Shown: positions 45,034-54,806 of the stretch, in pieces
How positions within the stretch are numbered: position 1 is the stretch's first letter
How the letters are laid out: each line of letters opens with the position of its first letter
Assembly (NCBI GenBank): GCA_027621915.1
Contig: JAQCAD010000013.1
Coordinates: 4,387 to 68,386, forward strand
DNA length: 64,000 nucleotides
Source: Pseudomonadota bacterium
Lineage (GTDB): Bacteria; Pseudomonadota; Gammaproteobacteria; Steroidobacterales; Woeseiaceae
Reading direction: 5' to 3'
The notes under the pieces: generated by a model
The model's database searches: none
What the model was told of the DNA's origin: nothing
What the model saw: only the letters and a program-made list of their open reading frames with translations
Made by a program: the position numbers and the translations under genes

Positions 45034-45819
45034 TTGAGCATAAATCTTGCACTGATACTGGTATTACTGACCGCCGTCTCGGGCGCCGTGGTCGCGTTTA
45101 ACCGATTTTACTACGCGAACAAACGCGAGGTAGCGGGCGGCCCTGATAATGCGTTCATGGATACTATGATCGAGTATTCCCGATCGTTTTTTCCAGTTCT
45201 TTTGTTCGTTCTTGTCATTCGGTCTTTCATATTCGAACCGTTTAGAATTCCGTCAGGATCGATGATGCCGACATTGATACAAGGCGATTTCATTTTCGTC
45301 AAGAAGTACTCCTTTGGTCTTCGCTGGCCAGTAATCGAAAAGAAATTTATCGAGACCGGTTCGCCGAAGCGGGGCGATGTAGTGGTCTTTCGGTTGCCGT
45401 CAAATCCAAAAATCAACTACATCAAGCGCGTGGTCGGCCTTCCGGGAGACGTCATTGCGTACGATGGTGCCAGGCTGACAATCAATGGACAGCTTATGCC
45501 GGTTGCCGACATTGCTGATGGTTCGCCGGACGATGCGGGACACATCTATTCTGAAGTGCTCGGCAACCGTGAGCACCTGATTCGCCACAGGGTGAGCATT
45601 ACAGATAACCCGAAGTCACGGGTGCAGGCCTACGAAATCCCCGACGGCTACTATTTCATGATGGGTGACAATCGGGACAACAGCCAGGACAGTCGATATA
45701 TTGGCGCCATTCCCGAGACCCACCTGGTTGGTGAGGCGGTGCGCATCTGGATGCATCTGGACCTCTCGAACGGCGCAGAATGGCCTGACTGGGGTCGAAT
45801 CGGGACGAAGATTCAATAA
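45034..45819 (+). CDS. lepB: Signal peptidase I
   Basis: IPSGSMMPTL (catalytic Ser), YIKRVVGLPGD (Lys), GDNRDNSQDSRY. TTG start at 45034 by alignment to the E. coli LepB N-terminus; the ORF-track start at 44887 overlaps lepA. Confidence 0.92.
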   Translation: MSINLALILVLLTAVSGAVVAFNRFYYANKREVAGGPDNAFMDTMIEYSRSFFPVLLFVLVIRSFIFEPFRIPSGSMMPTLIQGDFIFVKKYSFGLRWPVIEKKFIETGSPKRGDVVVFRLPSNPKINYIKRVVGLPGDVIAYDGARLTINGQLMPVADIADGSPDDAGHIYSEVLGNREHLIRHRVSITDNPKSRVQAYEIPDGYYFMMGDNRDNSQDSRYIGAIPETHLVGEAVRIWMHLDLSNGAEWPDWGRIGTKIQ

Positions 45820-45916
45820 TTGTGGTGCAAGTCACTGATTAGACCCTTTAAATCCCGTTAAATCCGTGGGGTCATCGGGTATTTCTGAGCGTTTGCAGTT
45901 GAGTGGAGTGGATCAA

Positions 45917-46339
45917 ATGAACGTTTCCAGCTTGAGCGAAGCAGCAGCACTAAGACGCGGAATGCTTAGCCGGATAGCTCGTCGTGAGAGAGGTATGACC
46001 ACGCTTGGGTTGATGATCCTCGTTGCATTCATGGGCTTGTTCGCGTTTGGCACCATCCGCCTGACCCCGATATACCTGAATTACCTGAAGGTTGCGGGTG
46101 TTCTGAACGGCGTTTATGACGAGTTTGATAGCCAGAATCCAACCATCGCGGACATACGCAAGTCCGTCAGCAGACGCTTCGACGTAGAGAGCGTCAGTGA
46201 TATTACTGCTCGTGACATTGAAGTTAAGCAGCAGGATGGCGGATTCCTGGTCGCCGCAAAGTACGACCACACAACACCGTTTATCAGTAACGTGTATTTC
46301 ACCGTTCGCTTTGACAAGTCCGTCCTGGTACGACGTTAG
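45917..46339 (+). CDS. DUF4845 domain protein (conserved lepB-rnc spacer gene)
   Basis: N-terminal TM (TTLGLMILVAFMGLFAF), then PIYLNYLKV. Same position as the DUF4845 gene between lepB and rnc in Pseudomonas-type genomes. Start is uncertain (45866 or 45917). Confidence 0.68.
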   Translation: MNVSSLSEAAALRRGMLSRIARRERGMTTLGLMILVAFMGLFAFGTIRLTPIYLNYLKVAGVLNGVYDEFDSQNPTIADIRKSVSRRFDVESVSDITARDIEVKQQDGGFLVAAKYDHTTPFISNVYFTVRFDKSVLVRR

Positions 46340-46450
46340 TCTGAAACTCCGACACACAGGTTGTTCTGGCCCGGTTTGAACACCGGGAAGCTTCGGCCTG
46401 CCAAAACCACTATAATTGCTCGCTTGTCATAACCACCTGGGCGAACCGTT

Positions 46451-47131
46451 TTGGAAAAAGCCGCTACCTGGCTGAAACAATCGTTGCACTACGAATTCTC
46501 CGATGTACGTCTGCTCGAAAAGGCACTGACGCATCGCAGTGCTACCGGTAACAATAACGAGCGCCTGGAGTTTCTAGGCGACGCCGTATTGCAGCTTGTC
46601 ATCTCTGAATTGATTTTCCAGGAGCGCGCCGAATCGAGCGAGGGGCGGCTCAGCCGGTTGCGCTCGTCACTTGTGAAAGACGCTACGCTGGCCCAGATCG
46701 GAGCCGAAATTGGTATCGGTGAGCACCTGGTCCTTGGGTCAGGCGAGAAAAAGACCGGCGGTAATCGCAGGGCATCGATTCTCGCAGACGCAGTTGAAGC
46801 GATATTTGGCGCCGTCTACCTTGACGCCGGGTTTGATACTGCGAGGCAATTGATACTTAGAACTTATAGAGATCGAATCGAAGACTTGCCGGCGGGCGCA
46901 GAGCTGCGTGATCCGAAATCTCAACTTCAGGAATTTCTTCAGGGTCGGCAACTTCCCCTGCCAGACTATCGAATGGAAGAGGTCACCGGCAAAGCACACA
47001 AACAACTATTTGAGGTCAGTTGTACGGTCGATTACCTCGACTTGAAAACGACAGGCACGGGGTTGACGCGTCGCGATGCGGAACAAGATTCGGCTGCGGC
47101 CATGCTTGCAAAACTTGACGAGCAGGTCTGA
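46451..47131 (+). CDS. rnc: Ribonuclease III
   Basis: ALTHRSA, NERLEFLGDAVL, C-terminal dsRBD. TTG start. Confidence 0.95.
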   Translation: MEKAATWLKQSLHYEFSDVRLLEKALTHRSATGNNNERLEFLGDAVLQLVISELIFQERAESSEGRLSRLRSSLVKDATLAQIGAEIGIGEHLVLGSGEKKTGGNRRASILADAVEAIFGAVYLDAGFDTARQLILRTYRDRIEDLPAGAELRDPKSQLQEFLQGRQLPLPDYRMEEVTGKAHKQLFEVSCTVDYLDLKTTGTGLTRRDAEQDSAAAMLAKLDEQV

Positions 47132-48034
47132 ATGATGATCGAAAATGCGTTTCGTTGCGGATTTGTTGCGGTTGTTGGGCGGCCCAATGTTGGCAAGTCG
47201 ACGCTCATTAACACAATCCTTGGTGACAAAGTCAGCATCGTGACGCCAAAACCACAAACGACCAGGCATCGGATCCTGGGTGTGGACTCGCATGCCGACT
47301 ACCAGGCGATATACGTGGATACGCCCGGCATTCATCGCCACGCAAACAAAGTCATGAACCGAATGATGAACAAGACTGCAGCGAATGCGCTAATCGATGC
47401 AGACCTGATTTTCTTCATGACCGAGGCGAATCGCTGGACCGACGAAGATCAGGACGTGCTCGACCGCCTGTCAGGTATATCCGCTCCTGTTATCGCGCTG
47501 TTGAACAAGATCGATAAAGTTCATCCGAAAGAGGCGTTACTGGAGGCTTTGGCTGTCATGTCGCGGCGACACTCGTTCACGGAGGTCGTACCGATATCAG
47601 CAATGAAGCTCGATAACATCGATAGTCTGGTTTCACTTGTGGCGCGCCATTTACCGGTCTCGCAGCCACTTTTCCCGGATGACATGATTACTGACCGTAG
47701 TGAGAATTTTCGCGCCGCAGAGGTTGTTCGCGAGAAACTGACCCTGGCATTGCGACAGGAAATTCCCTATGGCCTGACGGTCCAGGTGGAACGTTTCGAG
47801 CGTGGCGAAAAAGGCGTAGAGATTGACGCCATTATCTGGGTTGAACGGGAGAGCCAGAAAGGCATCGTGGTTGGCAAGGGTGGTGCTCTTTTGAAAAAGG
47901 TAGGCCGTGCGGCGCGCCTGGATCTGAAAGAACGACTCGGCGTGCCGGTACATCTCGAGTTATGGGTGAAAGTCAAAAACAACTGGGCGGATAATAAGGC
48001 GGACTTGCTGCGCCTTGGTTATGAATCTCCATGA
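47132..48034 (+). CDS. era: GTPase Era
   Basis: VAVVGRPNVGKSTL, DTPG, NKID, C-terminal KH domain. Confidence 0.96.
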   Translation: MMIENAFRCGFVAVVGRPNVGKSTLINTILGDKVSIVTPKPQTTRHRILGVDSHADYQAIYVDTPGIHRHANKVMNRMMNKTAANALIDADLIFFMTEANRWTDEDQDVLDRLSGISAPVIALLNKIDKVHPKEALLEALAVMSRRHSFTEVVPISAMKLDNIDSLVSLVARHLPVSQPLFPDDMITDRSENFRAAEVVREKLTLALRQEIPYGLTVQVERFERGEKGVEIDAIIWVERESQKGIVVGKGGALLKKVGRAARLDLKERLGVPVHLELWVKVKNNWADNKADLLRLGYESP

Positions 48035-48780
48035 CAGCAAGGAGAGTTCAGAATCAACCCGCATGGTTGTTGCACCATCGCCCGTTTCGAGACACCAGTC
48101 GAATTCTGGACGTGTTGAGTCGCGATTATGGTCGCCTTTCACTGGTGGCTCGTGGCAGCCGATCCGCCAAGTCGAAACTGAAAGGTGTGCTCCGACCGTT
48201 TATGCCACTGCAGCTTTCCTGGGTGATTCGGGGTGACCTTGGCACATTGACGGGGGCCGAAATGGACGGCGGACCGATTTCGTTGAATGGCGACTCGTTA
48301 CTTTCGGCTTTTTATCTAAACGAGTTGCTCCTGAATCTGCTGCATCGCCACGATCCACAGCCGGAAATTTTCAGCGCTTACCACGCGACTATCATTGAGC
48401 TGAATGGCCAACATAGTGTCGCAACCGCGTTGCGTCGATTTGAGATGGAGTTACTTCGCTTGCTTGGCTACGCTCTCAATCTCGATCATGATACGGAATC
48501 CGGCGATGAGCTCGATCCCGGTAGAATTTATGAATACCGGGTGGAGCGGGGCCCGGTGCCTGCCAACAATCCTGACGGACCGCTGGTGTTCACAGGCGCG
48601 GAGCTCATCGCGGTTGCGAGGGAGGACTTTTCTGATGCTTCGACATTGCGGGATGCGAATCGGCTGTTGCGCCACGTTATCGCCTGGCATTTGAACGGCA
48701 AGGAGCTCAAGAGCCGCAAAGTATTGAAAGAACTCCGCCGTGGCGCGGCAACAGCAGATACAGGTCCGGTCATCCAATGA
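48031..48780 (+). CDS. recO: DNA repair protein RecO
   Basis: [32 protein letters not shown] (OB-fold N-terminus). ATGA overlap with era. Confidence 0.92.
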   Translation: MTARRVQNQPAWLLHHRPFRDTSRILDVLSRDYGRLSLVARGSRSAKSKLKGVLRPFMPLQLSWVIRGDLGTLTGAEMDGGPISLNGDSLLSAFYLNELLLNLLHRHDPQPEIFSAYHATIIELNGQHSVATALRRFEMELLRLLGYALNLDHDTESGDELDPGRIYEYRVERGPVPANNPDGPLVFTGAELIAVAREDFSDASTLRDANRLLRHVIAWHLNGKELKSRKVLKELRRGAATADTGPVIQ

Positions 48781-49517
48781 GTGAAATTCACTTAGGCGTC
48801 AACATCGATCATGTTGCGACGCTAAGACAGGCGCGCGGGACCGAGTATCCGGACCCGGTTGAGGCGGCATTGCTCGCAGAAAAAGCCGGCGCCGACAGCA
48901 TTACTTTGCACCTTCGCGAGGATCGACGTCATATCCAGGACCATGATTTACAGCGCCTGAAAAGGGTAATGCAGACACATATGAATTTTGAAATGGCAGT
49001 GACCGATGAAATGATTCGTATCGCAATTGGAATCCGCCCGTCTGACTGCTGCCTGGTTCCTGAAAAACGTGAAGAGTTGACGACGGAGGGCGGGCTGGAT
49101 GTTGCTGGCCAGCTTGACAAGGTCGCCTCTGCCTGCGAGCAACTTTCGAAAAACGGCATTCGCGTGTCGTTATTTATTGATCCCGATCCTGGACAACTTG
49201 ATGCGGCGAAAAAGGCAGGCGCCCCGGTTGTTGAATTGCATACCGGGTCATATGCCGACGCCGCGGAGCACGCACAACAGGCCGAACTGGGACGAGTGAT
49301 TTCGGCTGCAGAGTATGGCAAGAAAATCGGATTGATCGTCAATGCGGGTCACGGCCTGCACTATGAAAACGTCGGGCCGATCGCGGCAATTCCGGAAATT
49401 GTGGAACTGAACATCGGACATGCAATTGTGGCACGTTCGGTGTTCGACGGATTTACATTGGCCGTCCGCGAAATGAAGCGATTGATGGTTGCGGCGCGTT
49501 CAGGACAACGGCCGTGA
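48777..49517 (+). CDS. pdxJ: Pyridoxine 5'-phosphate synthase
   Basis: [16 protein letters not shown] and [15 protein letters not shown] overlap with recO. Confidence 0.96.
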   Translation: MSEIHLGVNIDHVATLRQARGTEYPDPVEAALLAEKAGADSITLHLREDRRHIQDHDLQRLKRVMQTHMNFEMAVTDEMIRIAIGIRPSDCCLVPEKREELTTEGGLDVAGQLDKVASACEQLSKNGIRVSLFIDPDPGQLDAAKKAGAPVVELHTGSYADAAEHAQQAELGRVISAAEYGKKIGLIVNAGHGLHYENVGPIAAIPEIVELNIGHAIVARSVFDGFTLAVREMKRLMVAARSGQRP

Positions 49518-49906
49518 TCTTTGGCATTGGTACGGATATTGTCGAGCTGTCACGTGTGCAGGAAACTTATAATCGATTTGGCGAACGCTTTGTTGATCGA
49601 TTGTTGATGGATGAGGAACGCAAACTCTTCGAAAAAAACAAAATGCCGGTAAGATTTCTTGCCATGCGCTTCGCGGCCAAAGAAGCAACTGTCAAAGCCA
49701 TGGGAACGGGCTTTGCGCATGGTGTATGGATTCGCGATGTCGGTATCGTCAACAACGCCTGGGGTCGACCTGAAATTATCTGGTCGGATCGCGGCCGGTC
49801 GGTTTGCGACAACCTCGGGATTGGCGAAGGACATGTCAGTCTGACTGACGACGCGGGTCTGATTCTGGCTTTCGCGGTGGTCATGAGAGCGCAAAGTGTC
49901 AAGTAA
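49514..49906 (+). CDS. acpS: Holo-[acyl-carrier-protein] synthase
   Basis: [10 protein letters not shown] and [14 protein letters not shown] overlap with pdxJ. Confidence 0.92.
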   Translation: MIFGIGTDIVELSRVQETYNRFGERFVDRLLMDEERKLFEKNKMPVRFLAMRFAAKEATVKAMGTGFAHGVWIRDVGIVNNAWGRPEIIWSDRGRSVCDNLGIGEGHVSLTDDAGLILAFAVVMRAQSVK

Positions 49907-49927
49907 CTTCATTAATAAAGAGCTGTA

Positions 49928-50701
49928 ATGCATTGTTTTTCCTTTGATATTGAAACAATTCCCGACGTCGAATTCGGGCGCCGGATGTGGAACCTGGAGG
50001 ATCTGTCCGACGAGGATGTGGGCACCGCGATGGCTTTTATGCGCCAGCAGGCAACCGGCTCTGAATTCCTGCCGTTGCATCAGCAACGCATTGTTGCGAT
50101 TTCCGTCGCCCTTAGAAGCGGTGACACATTTCGTGTCTGGTCGCTCGGCGATCGGGATGCTGACGAGGCAGAGATCATTCGCCGGTTCTTTGCAGGAATT
50201 GAACGCTACTCGCCGGAACTCGTCTCATGGAATGGCAGTGGGTTCGATCTGCCGGTCCTGCACTATCGCGCGTTGAAGCACGGCATTCAGGCCCCTCGTT
50301 ATTGGGAGACGGGCGATTCCGACCGGGATTTTCGTTACAACAATTATCTGAACCGGTTCCACTGGCGCCATATTGATTTAATGGACGTGCTCGCGGGATA
50401 TCAGATGCGCGGTCGTGCGAGTCTCGATCAAATGGCGGTGATGCTCGGTTTCCCGGGTAAGCTTGGTATGAGTGGGGACAAAGTCTGGCAATGCTGGCTC
50501 GACGGTGGCATCGAGGATATTCGCAATTATTGCGAAACCGATGTGTTGAACACCTACCTGATCTACCTGCGTTTCGAATTCATGAGGGGAAATCTGGACG
50601 TCGTAGCGCTGGAGCGGGAGTTTGAACTGGTACGAACCACGTTGCAGACGATGGATCAATCGCACCTGAACGAATTTCTTGCTGCGTGGTCGGCGGACTA
50701 G
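49928..50701 (+). CDS. Predicted 3'-5' exonuclease (RNase H-like fold, PolB exonuclease-domain-like)
   Basis: FSFDIETIPD (ExoI-like DxE), SWNGSGFDLPVL (ExoII-like), YCETDVLNTYL (ExoIII-like YxxxD). 257 aa. Confidence 0.7.
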   Translation: MHCFSFDIETIPDVEFGRRMWNLEDLSDEDVGTAMAFMRQQATGSEFLPLHQQRIVAISVALRSGDTFRVWSLGDRDADEAEIIRRFFAGIERYSPELVSWNGSGFDLPVLHYRALKHGIQAPRYWETGDSDRDFRYNNYLNRFHWRHIDLMDVLAGYQMRGRASLDQMAVMLGFPGKLGMSGDKVWQCWLDGGIEDIRNYCETDVLNTYLIYLRFEFMRGNLDVVALEREFELVRTTLQTMDQSHLNEFLAAWSAD

Positions 50702-50706
50702 CCGAA

Positions 50707-52038
50707 ATGGCGCGAAAAATATTCGCTCCGGAATCGGCTCTGATCGAATCGGTCACCCATGACGGGAAAGGCGTTGCCTCTGTTTTGGGCAAAAAGATTT
50801 TTGTGCCCGGCGCGCTCGAGGGGGAAACCGTTTCCTTTCGCAGACGGAAGCGTCAGAAAAACTACGATGAGGCGGAGCTTCTGGAGGTGCTGGTTGCCTC
50901 GGAGGCTCGCATAGAACCCCGATGTGCCGCATTTGGTAACTGCGGAGGCTGTTCGCTGCAGCATGTCGCTGCCGATGATCAGCGCGCCATCAAGCACAAG
51001 TCGCTGGCGGATAATTTGCAGCGCATCGGCCGGGTCGAGCCAGAGCAATGGCTGGAGCCGTTATATGACACCAGCGTCGACGGTGGCTGGAATTATCGCC
51101 GGCGCGCCCGGCTGGGAGTTAAGGACGTTGCCGGGAAGGGGCGTGTGCTGGTCGGATTTCGTGAAAGCCACGCGTCGTATATCTGTGATATGCATCGCTG
51201 CGAGGTTCTCGCAAGCCCCGTCGACGGTCTGATCGATCCACTTAGCGATCTGATAGGCCGTCTTAGCATCAGCAGGCGACTGCCGCAAATCGAGGTTGCG
51301 GTTGCCGACAATGCTACTGAGCTTGTTATGCGCGTGCTGGATCGACCAACCGATGATGACCTGGCTGCATTGATCGAATTTGCTGGCAAACACAAGCTTC
51401 AGATCGCACTTCAACACGGTGGACCCGACTCTGTCGAACCGCTTGATGTTGGTACGAGCCGGCAACCACTTCGTTATTCGTTGCCGGATTTCGATGTGGT
51501 GATTGAATTTGAAGCAACCGATTTCGTCCAGGTGAATGCTGCTGTTAACCGACTGATGGTTTCGAAGGCACTCGAGTTGCTGGACGTGGGCCCCGACCAC
51601 CGCGTTCTTGATCTGTATTGTGGTATTGGCAATTTTTCCCTGCCGATCGCGAGAAAAGCGAAGCATGTTCTTGGAATCGAAGGGGAGTTGCAGCAGGTTA
51701 ATCACGCGACCAGAAACGCGAAACTAAATAACCTTACCAATTGCGAGTTTCGGCGGGTCGACCTGTCCGCAATCACCGGTAAGGAAAACTGGATCGGTGA
51801 GCAATGGGATCGCGTGCTGCTGGATCCGGCGCGCAGCGGAGCCGAGGAGGTGGTGGCGAGTATGACGGCCATTGGCGCGCCGCGAATCGTTTATGTTTCG
51901 TGCCATCCCGGCACGCTCGCTCGGGATGCGGGAATTTTGGTCCGCGAGCACGGCTACACGCTTGAGGCGGCAGGCATTATCGACATGTTTCCGCACACCG
52001 GTCATGTTGAGTCACTTGCTGTTTTCAGGAAAGACTAG
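50707..52038 (+). CDS. rlmD: 23S rRNA (uracil1939-C5)-methyltransferase RlmD (RumA)
   Basis: TRAM N-terminus, Fe-S Cys cluster CAAFGNCGGCSLQH ... C, SAM fold VLDLYCGIGNFSLP, LLDPARSGA, SCHPGTLARD. Confidence 0.9.
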   Translation: MARKIFAPESALIESVTHDGKGVASVLGKKIFVPGALEGETVSFRRRKRQKNYDEAELLEVLVASEARIEPRCAAFGNCGGCSLQHVAADDQRAIKHKSLADNLQRIGRVEPEQWLEPLYDTSVDGGWNYRRRARLGVKDVAGKGRVLVGFRESHASYICDMHRCEVLASPVDGLIDPLSDLIGRLSISRRLPQIEVAVADNATELVMRVLDRPTDDDLAALIEFAGKHKLQIALQHGGPDSVEPLDVGTSRQPLRYSLPDFDVVIEFEATDFVQVNAAVNRLMVSKALELLDVGPDHRVLDLYCGIGNFSLPIARKAKHVLGIEGELQQVNHATRNAKLNNLTNCEFRRVDLSAITGKENWIGEQWDRVLLDPARSGAEEVVASMTAIGAPRIVYVSCHPGTLARDAGILVREHGYTLEAAGIIDMFPHTGHVESLAVFRKD

Positions 52039-52079
52039 TCAAATTAGATAATTACACAGTTATTGACTAATCTTGAGCT

Positions 52080-53126
52080 ATGGCACTGGGACCGGTAATG
52101 CTGGACATTGAGGGGTCGTCCCTCTCGCCCGCGGATCGTACGCTTTTACGCGAGCCGGCGGTGGGTGGCGTCATCCTTTTCTCACGAAACTACGAATCAC
52201 CGTCCCAGCTTTCGGATCTGGTCGGCGCTATTCGGGCGGTGCGGACCCCGCCTTTGCTTGTTGCCGTCGATCACGAGGGCGGCCGAGTGCAACGGTTTCG
52301 TGACGGATTTACGCCGATTCCACCGATGCGCGATCTCGGTCGCCAGTTTGACAGCGATATGAAGGCCTCGCTGTCTCTCGCCAGGACTGTCGGCTGGGTG
52401 ATCGCGTCGGAGTTGCGGGCAATGGACATCGATCTGGCATTTGCACCCTGTGTTGATCTGGATTGGGGCGTCAGCGAAATTATCGGCAATCGCGCATTCC
52501 ATCGAAAACCGGGTGTGGTATCCGATCTCGCAAGCGCATTCAGCCGGGGACTCAGAGATGGTGGCATGGCGGCAGTCGCGAAGCACTTTCCTGGACATGG
52601 TGCCGTGGTGCCCGATTCGCACGAGCAACTTCCGGTTGATCGTCGCAGTTATGGCGACCTGCTCGATGACATGCGCCCTTATGAAAAGCTGATCGGCGCG
52701 CGGCAACTCGCAGGCGTCATGCTGGCACACATCGTATATTCGGAACTGGATCCAGTACCGGCAGGATTCTCTGCCTATTGGATTCAAAATCAACTCCGTG
52801 GCCAGCTCGGGTACGACGGTGCTGTTTTCTGCGATGACCTCAGCATGAAGGCGACCAGGAAATTTGGATCGATGGCCAAACGAGCCAGGCTGGCTCTGGA
52901 TGCGGGCTGCGATATGATCCTCGTTTGCAATGACCGGCCGGCAGCGATGGCGGCTGTTGCGTCACTCAGGGACTATTCCAACCCATTGTCGCTGGTGCGC
53001 CTTGCCCGCCTTCACGGAACGGGTCACGTGATGCGTGAGACTCTGCTGGCCAGCGATGAGTGGCAGGCTGCAACCGGCCGGATAAATGAGGGAATGGGAA
53101 GGCCGGCGTTGAGGCTGAATGCATAG
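52080..53126 (+). CDS. nagZ: Beta-N-acetylhexosaminidase NagZ
   Basis: VDHEGGRVQRF and KHFPGHG motifs of GH3 NagZ. Confidence 0.93.
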   Translation: MALGPVMLDIEGSSLSPADRTLLREPAVGGVILFSRNYESPSQLSDLVGAIRAVRTPPLLVAVDHEGGRVQRFRDGFTPIPPMRDLGRQFDSDMKASLSLARTVGWVIASELRAMDIDLAFAPCVDLDWGVSEIIGNRAFHRKPGVVSDLASAFSRGLRDGGMAAVAKHFPGHGAVVPDSHEQLPVDRRSYGDLLDDMRPYEKLIGARQLAGVMLAHIVYSELDPVPAGFSAYWIQNQLRGQLGYDGAVFCDDLSMKATRKFGSMAKRARLALDAGCDMILVCNDRPAAMAAVASLRDYSNPLSLVRLARLHGTGHVMRETLLASDEWQAATGRINEGMGRPALRLNA

Positions 53127-53150
53127 GGCGATTAATACAAGGAAGAAAGA

Positions 53151-53894
53151 TTGGCCAGGGCAGACAAACAATACGCCATTATCGCCGGTAGCGGTTTCCA
53201 GTCGTTTGGTGACGATTCGAAAGGCATTATAGTCAGCACGATTTATGGTGAACCGTCGGGACCAATTCGAGAATTGCGTTACGACGATCATACTGTCTAC
53301 GTGCTGCCGCGCCACGGCGATGACTTGATGATTCCACCGCATGCGATCAACTATCGCGCTAACCTGCAAGCGCTCAAGCAGCTCGATGTGGATGCGATCA
53401 TCGCAGTCAATACCGTAGGAATTATCAGCAAGAACACTTATCCGGGACAGATCGCTGTGCCGGATCAAATAATCGACTACACCTGGGGCAGGGCACACAG
53501 CCTGTACGAAGGAGTTGATAAAATCGACCACATCGACTTCACACAGCCTTTCACTGAAAACCTCAGGCAGGATCTTATGCGGGCTGCGCGTACTGCTGAT
53601 GTGACAGTTTGCGACGGCGGTGTTTATGCGGCATGCCAGGGGCCGCGCCTGGAAACTGCTGCGGAGGTCGACCGGCTAGGGCGTGATGGCGCCGACTATG
53701 TAGGTATGACCGCCATGCCAGAGGCGTCTCTCGCAATGGAACTGAAGTTGGATTACGCATGCCTGTCACTCGTCGTGAATTTCGCTGCTGGCCGAGGTAA
53801 AAATGCGATACACGCGGACATTGATACGAATACGATGACCGCCAAGATCCAGTGCATGAAAGTGCTGCATGAGTTTTTTGGGCACGTCGAATAA
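53151..53894 (+). CDS. S-methyl-5'-thioadenosine/thioinosine phosphorylase (MTAP family)
   Basis: IIAGSGF, LPRHG, GPRLETAAE, VGMTAMPEA. Adjacent to nagZ, like the Pseudomonas MTI phosphorylase. TTG start. Confidence 0.86.
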   Translation: MARADKQYAIIAGSGFQSFGDDSKGIIVSTIYGEPSGPIRELRYDDHTVYVLPRHGDDLMIPPHAINYRANLQALKQLDVDAIIAVNTVGIISKNTYPGQIAVPDQIIDYTWGRAHSLYEGVDKIDHIDFTQPFTENLRQDLMRAARTADVTVCDGGVYAACQGPRLETAAEVDRLGRDGADYVGMTAMPEASLAMELKLDYACLSLVVNFAAGRGKNAIHADIDTNTMTAKIQCMKVLHEFFGHVE

Positions 53895-53915
53895 TAAATA
53901 GGCAATGAACAAATT

Positions 53916-54806
53916 ATGAAAAAACTTGCTCGCGATGTGCTGCAACAACTGATCGATGGATCGGCCGAGCCGGTGTTCGTTTCGCGTATCGATCACCCTG
54001 ATTGGCCGGTCGTTTTGAATAATCCCGCGTTCGCCAGTATTTCGGGCGATAGCGAAGTCTTGAACAAACCACTTGCCGATGTTGTTGAACGGCTGCTTGG
54101 TCGCGAACTCGCACTTGAAATAAGCGAAACGGTTCGCGGTCGCCATGAAACGTCGATCGCCGTTGAGCTGGGAAATCGGGAGTTCTTGCTTGTCTTGAAG
54201 CCCATCCAATCCAGTAGCGATGGGAACGAAGAATATTATGCGGCGTTTTGGCGAGGCGGTGGCGGTGCCAGTCATGCTGGTGACGACGAGATCCAGCAGG
54301 CGCTGCTCAAGGCCAAACGACGCATTCGGGATTTGACGCGCGACGATCCGGTGACCGGGCTTCTTAACGAAAGGTCATTCCGTGAAGTCCTCGCCCACGA
54401 CTGGGCCGTCGCATCACGTGAGCACTCAAGCTTGGCTCTTGTGGCTTTCAAGCTTGACGATTTTCCGGCCTATCTGGATGTATTCGGACGTCACGCGGCC
54501 GAGTCATGCCAGCGTCGCGTGGCACAGGCCATTCGGCGGTGCTTGCGACGCGCGAGCGATGTGGCGGCGCGAATCGATACTGCGGACGGCGATTGCCTGA
54601 TTGTGCTATCGCACTCGTCAGACGAAAGTTCGGTCAATGAGTTTGCCTCGAAAATTTCTGCTGCCGTTCGGGAGTTGGGCCTACATCACCCGAGATCCAG
54701 GGGGGCGCGTTTCGTAACGGTGTCTTTTCGAACGACGGTCACGTCCGCTGGTGCCGACGATTCGACCGATGAGGGGTTTCTGCAGGAAGTAATCAGCAGT
54801 AAGTAA
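53916..54806 (+). CDS. PAS-like sensor plus degenerate GGDEF domain protein
   Basis: DPVTGLLNERSF and KLDDFPAYLDVFGRH match GGDEF-domain landmarks. The active-site position reads ARIDTADGDCLIVL (DGDCL instead of GG[DE]EF). Confidence 0.75.
   Translation: MKKLARDVLQQLIDGSAEPVFVSRIDHPDWPVVLNNPAFASISGDSEVLNKPLADVVERLLGRELALEISETVRGRHETSIAVELGNREFLLVLKPIQSSSDGNEEYYAAFWRGGGGASHAGDDEIQQALLKAKRRIRDLTRDDPVTGLLNERSFREVLAHDWAVASREHSSLALVAFKLDDFPAYLDVFGRHAAESCQRRVAQAIRRCLRRASDVAARIDTADGDCLIVLSHSSDESSVNEFASKISAAVRELGLHHPRSRGARFVTVSFRTTVTSAGADDSTDEGFLQEVISSK

Noticed and set aside
46355-46372. A hairpin CCCGGT-N6-ACCGGG, and a TATAAT hexamer near 46413, upstream of rnc.
   Set aside because: No T-run follows the hairpin and there is no convincing -35 partner for the TATAAT. 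Reported here only as a possibility.
52036-52069. An inverted repeat TAGTCAA-N20-TTGACTA between rlmD and nagZ, considered as an operator.
   Set aside because: The arms are only 7 bp with a long AT-rich spacer, so a chance occurrence is plausible. The right arm may simply be a TTGACT -35-like hexamer.
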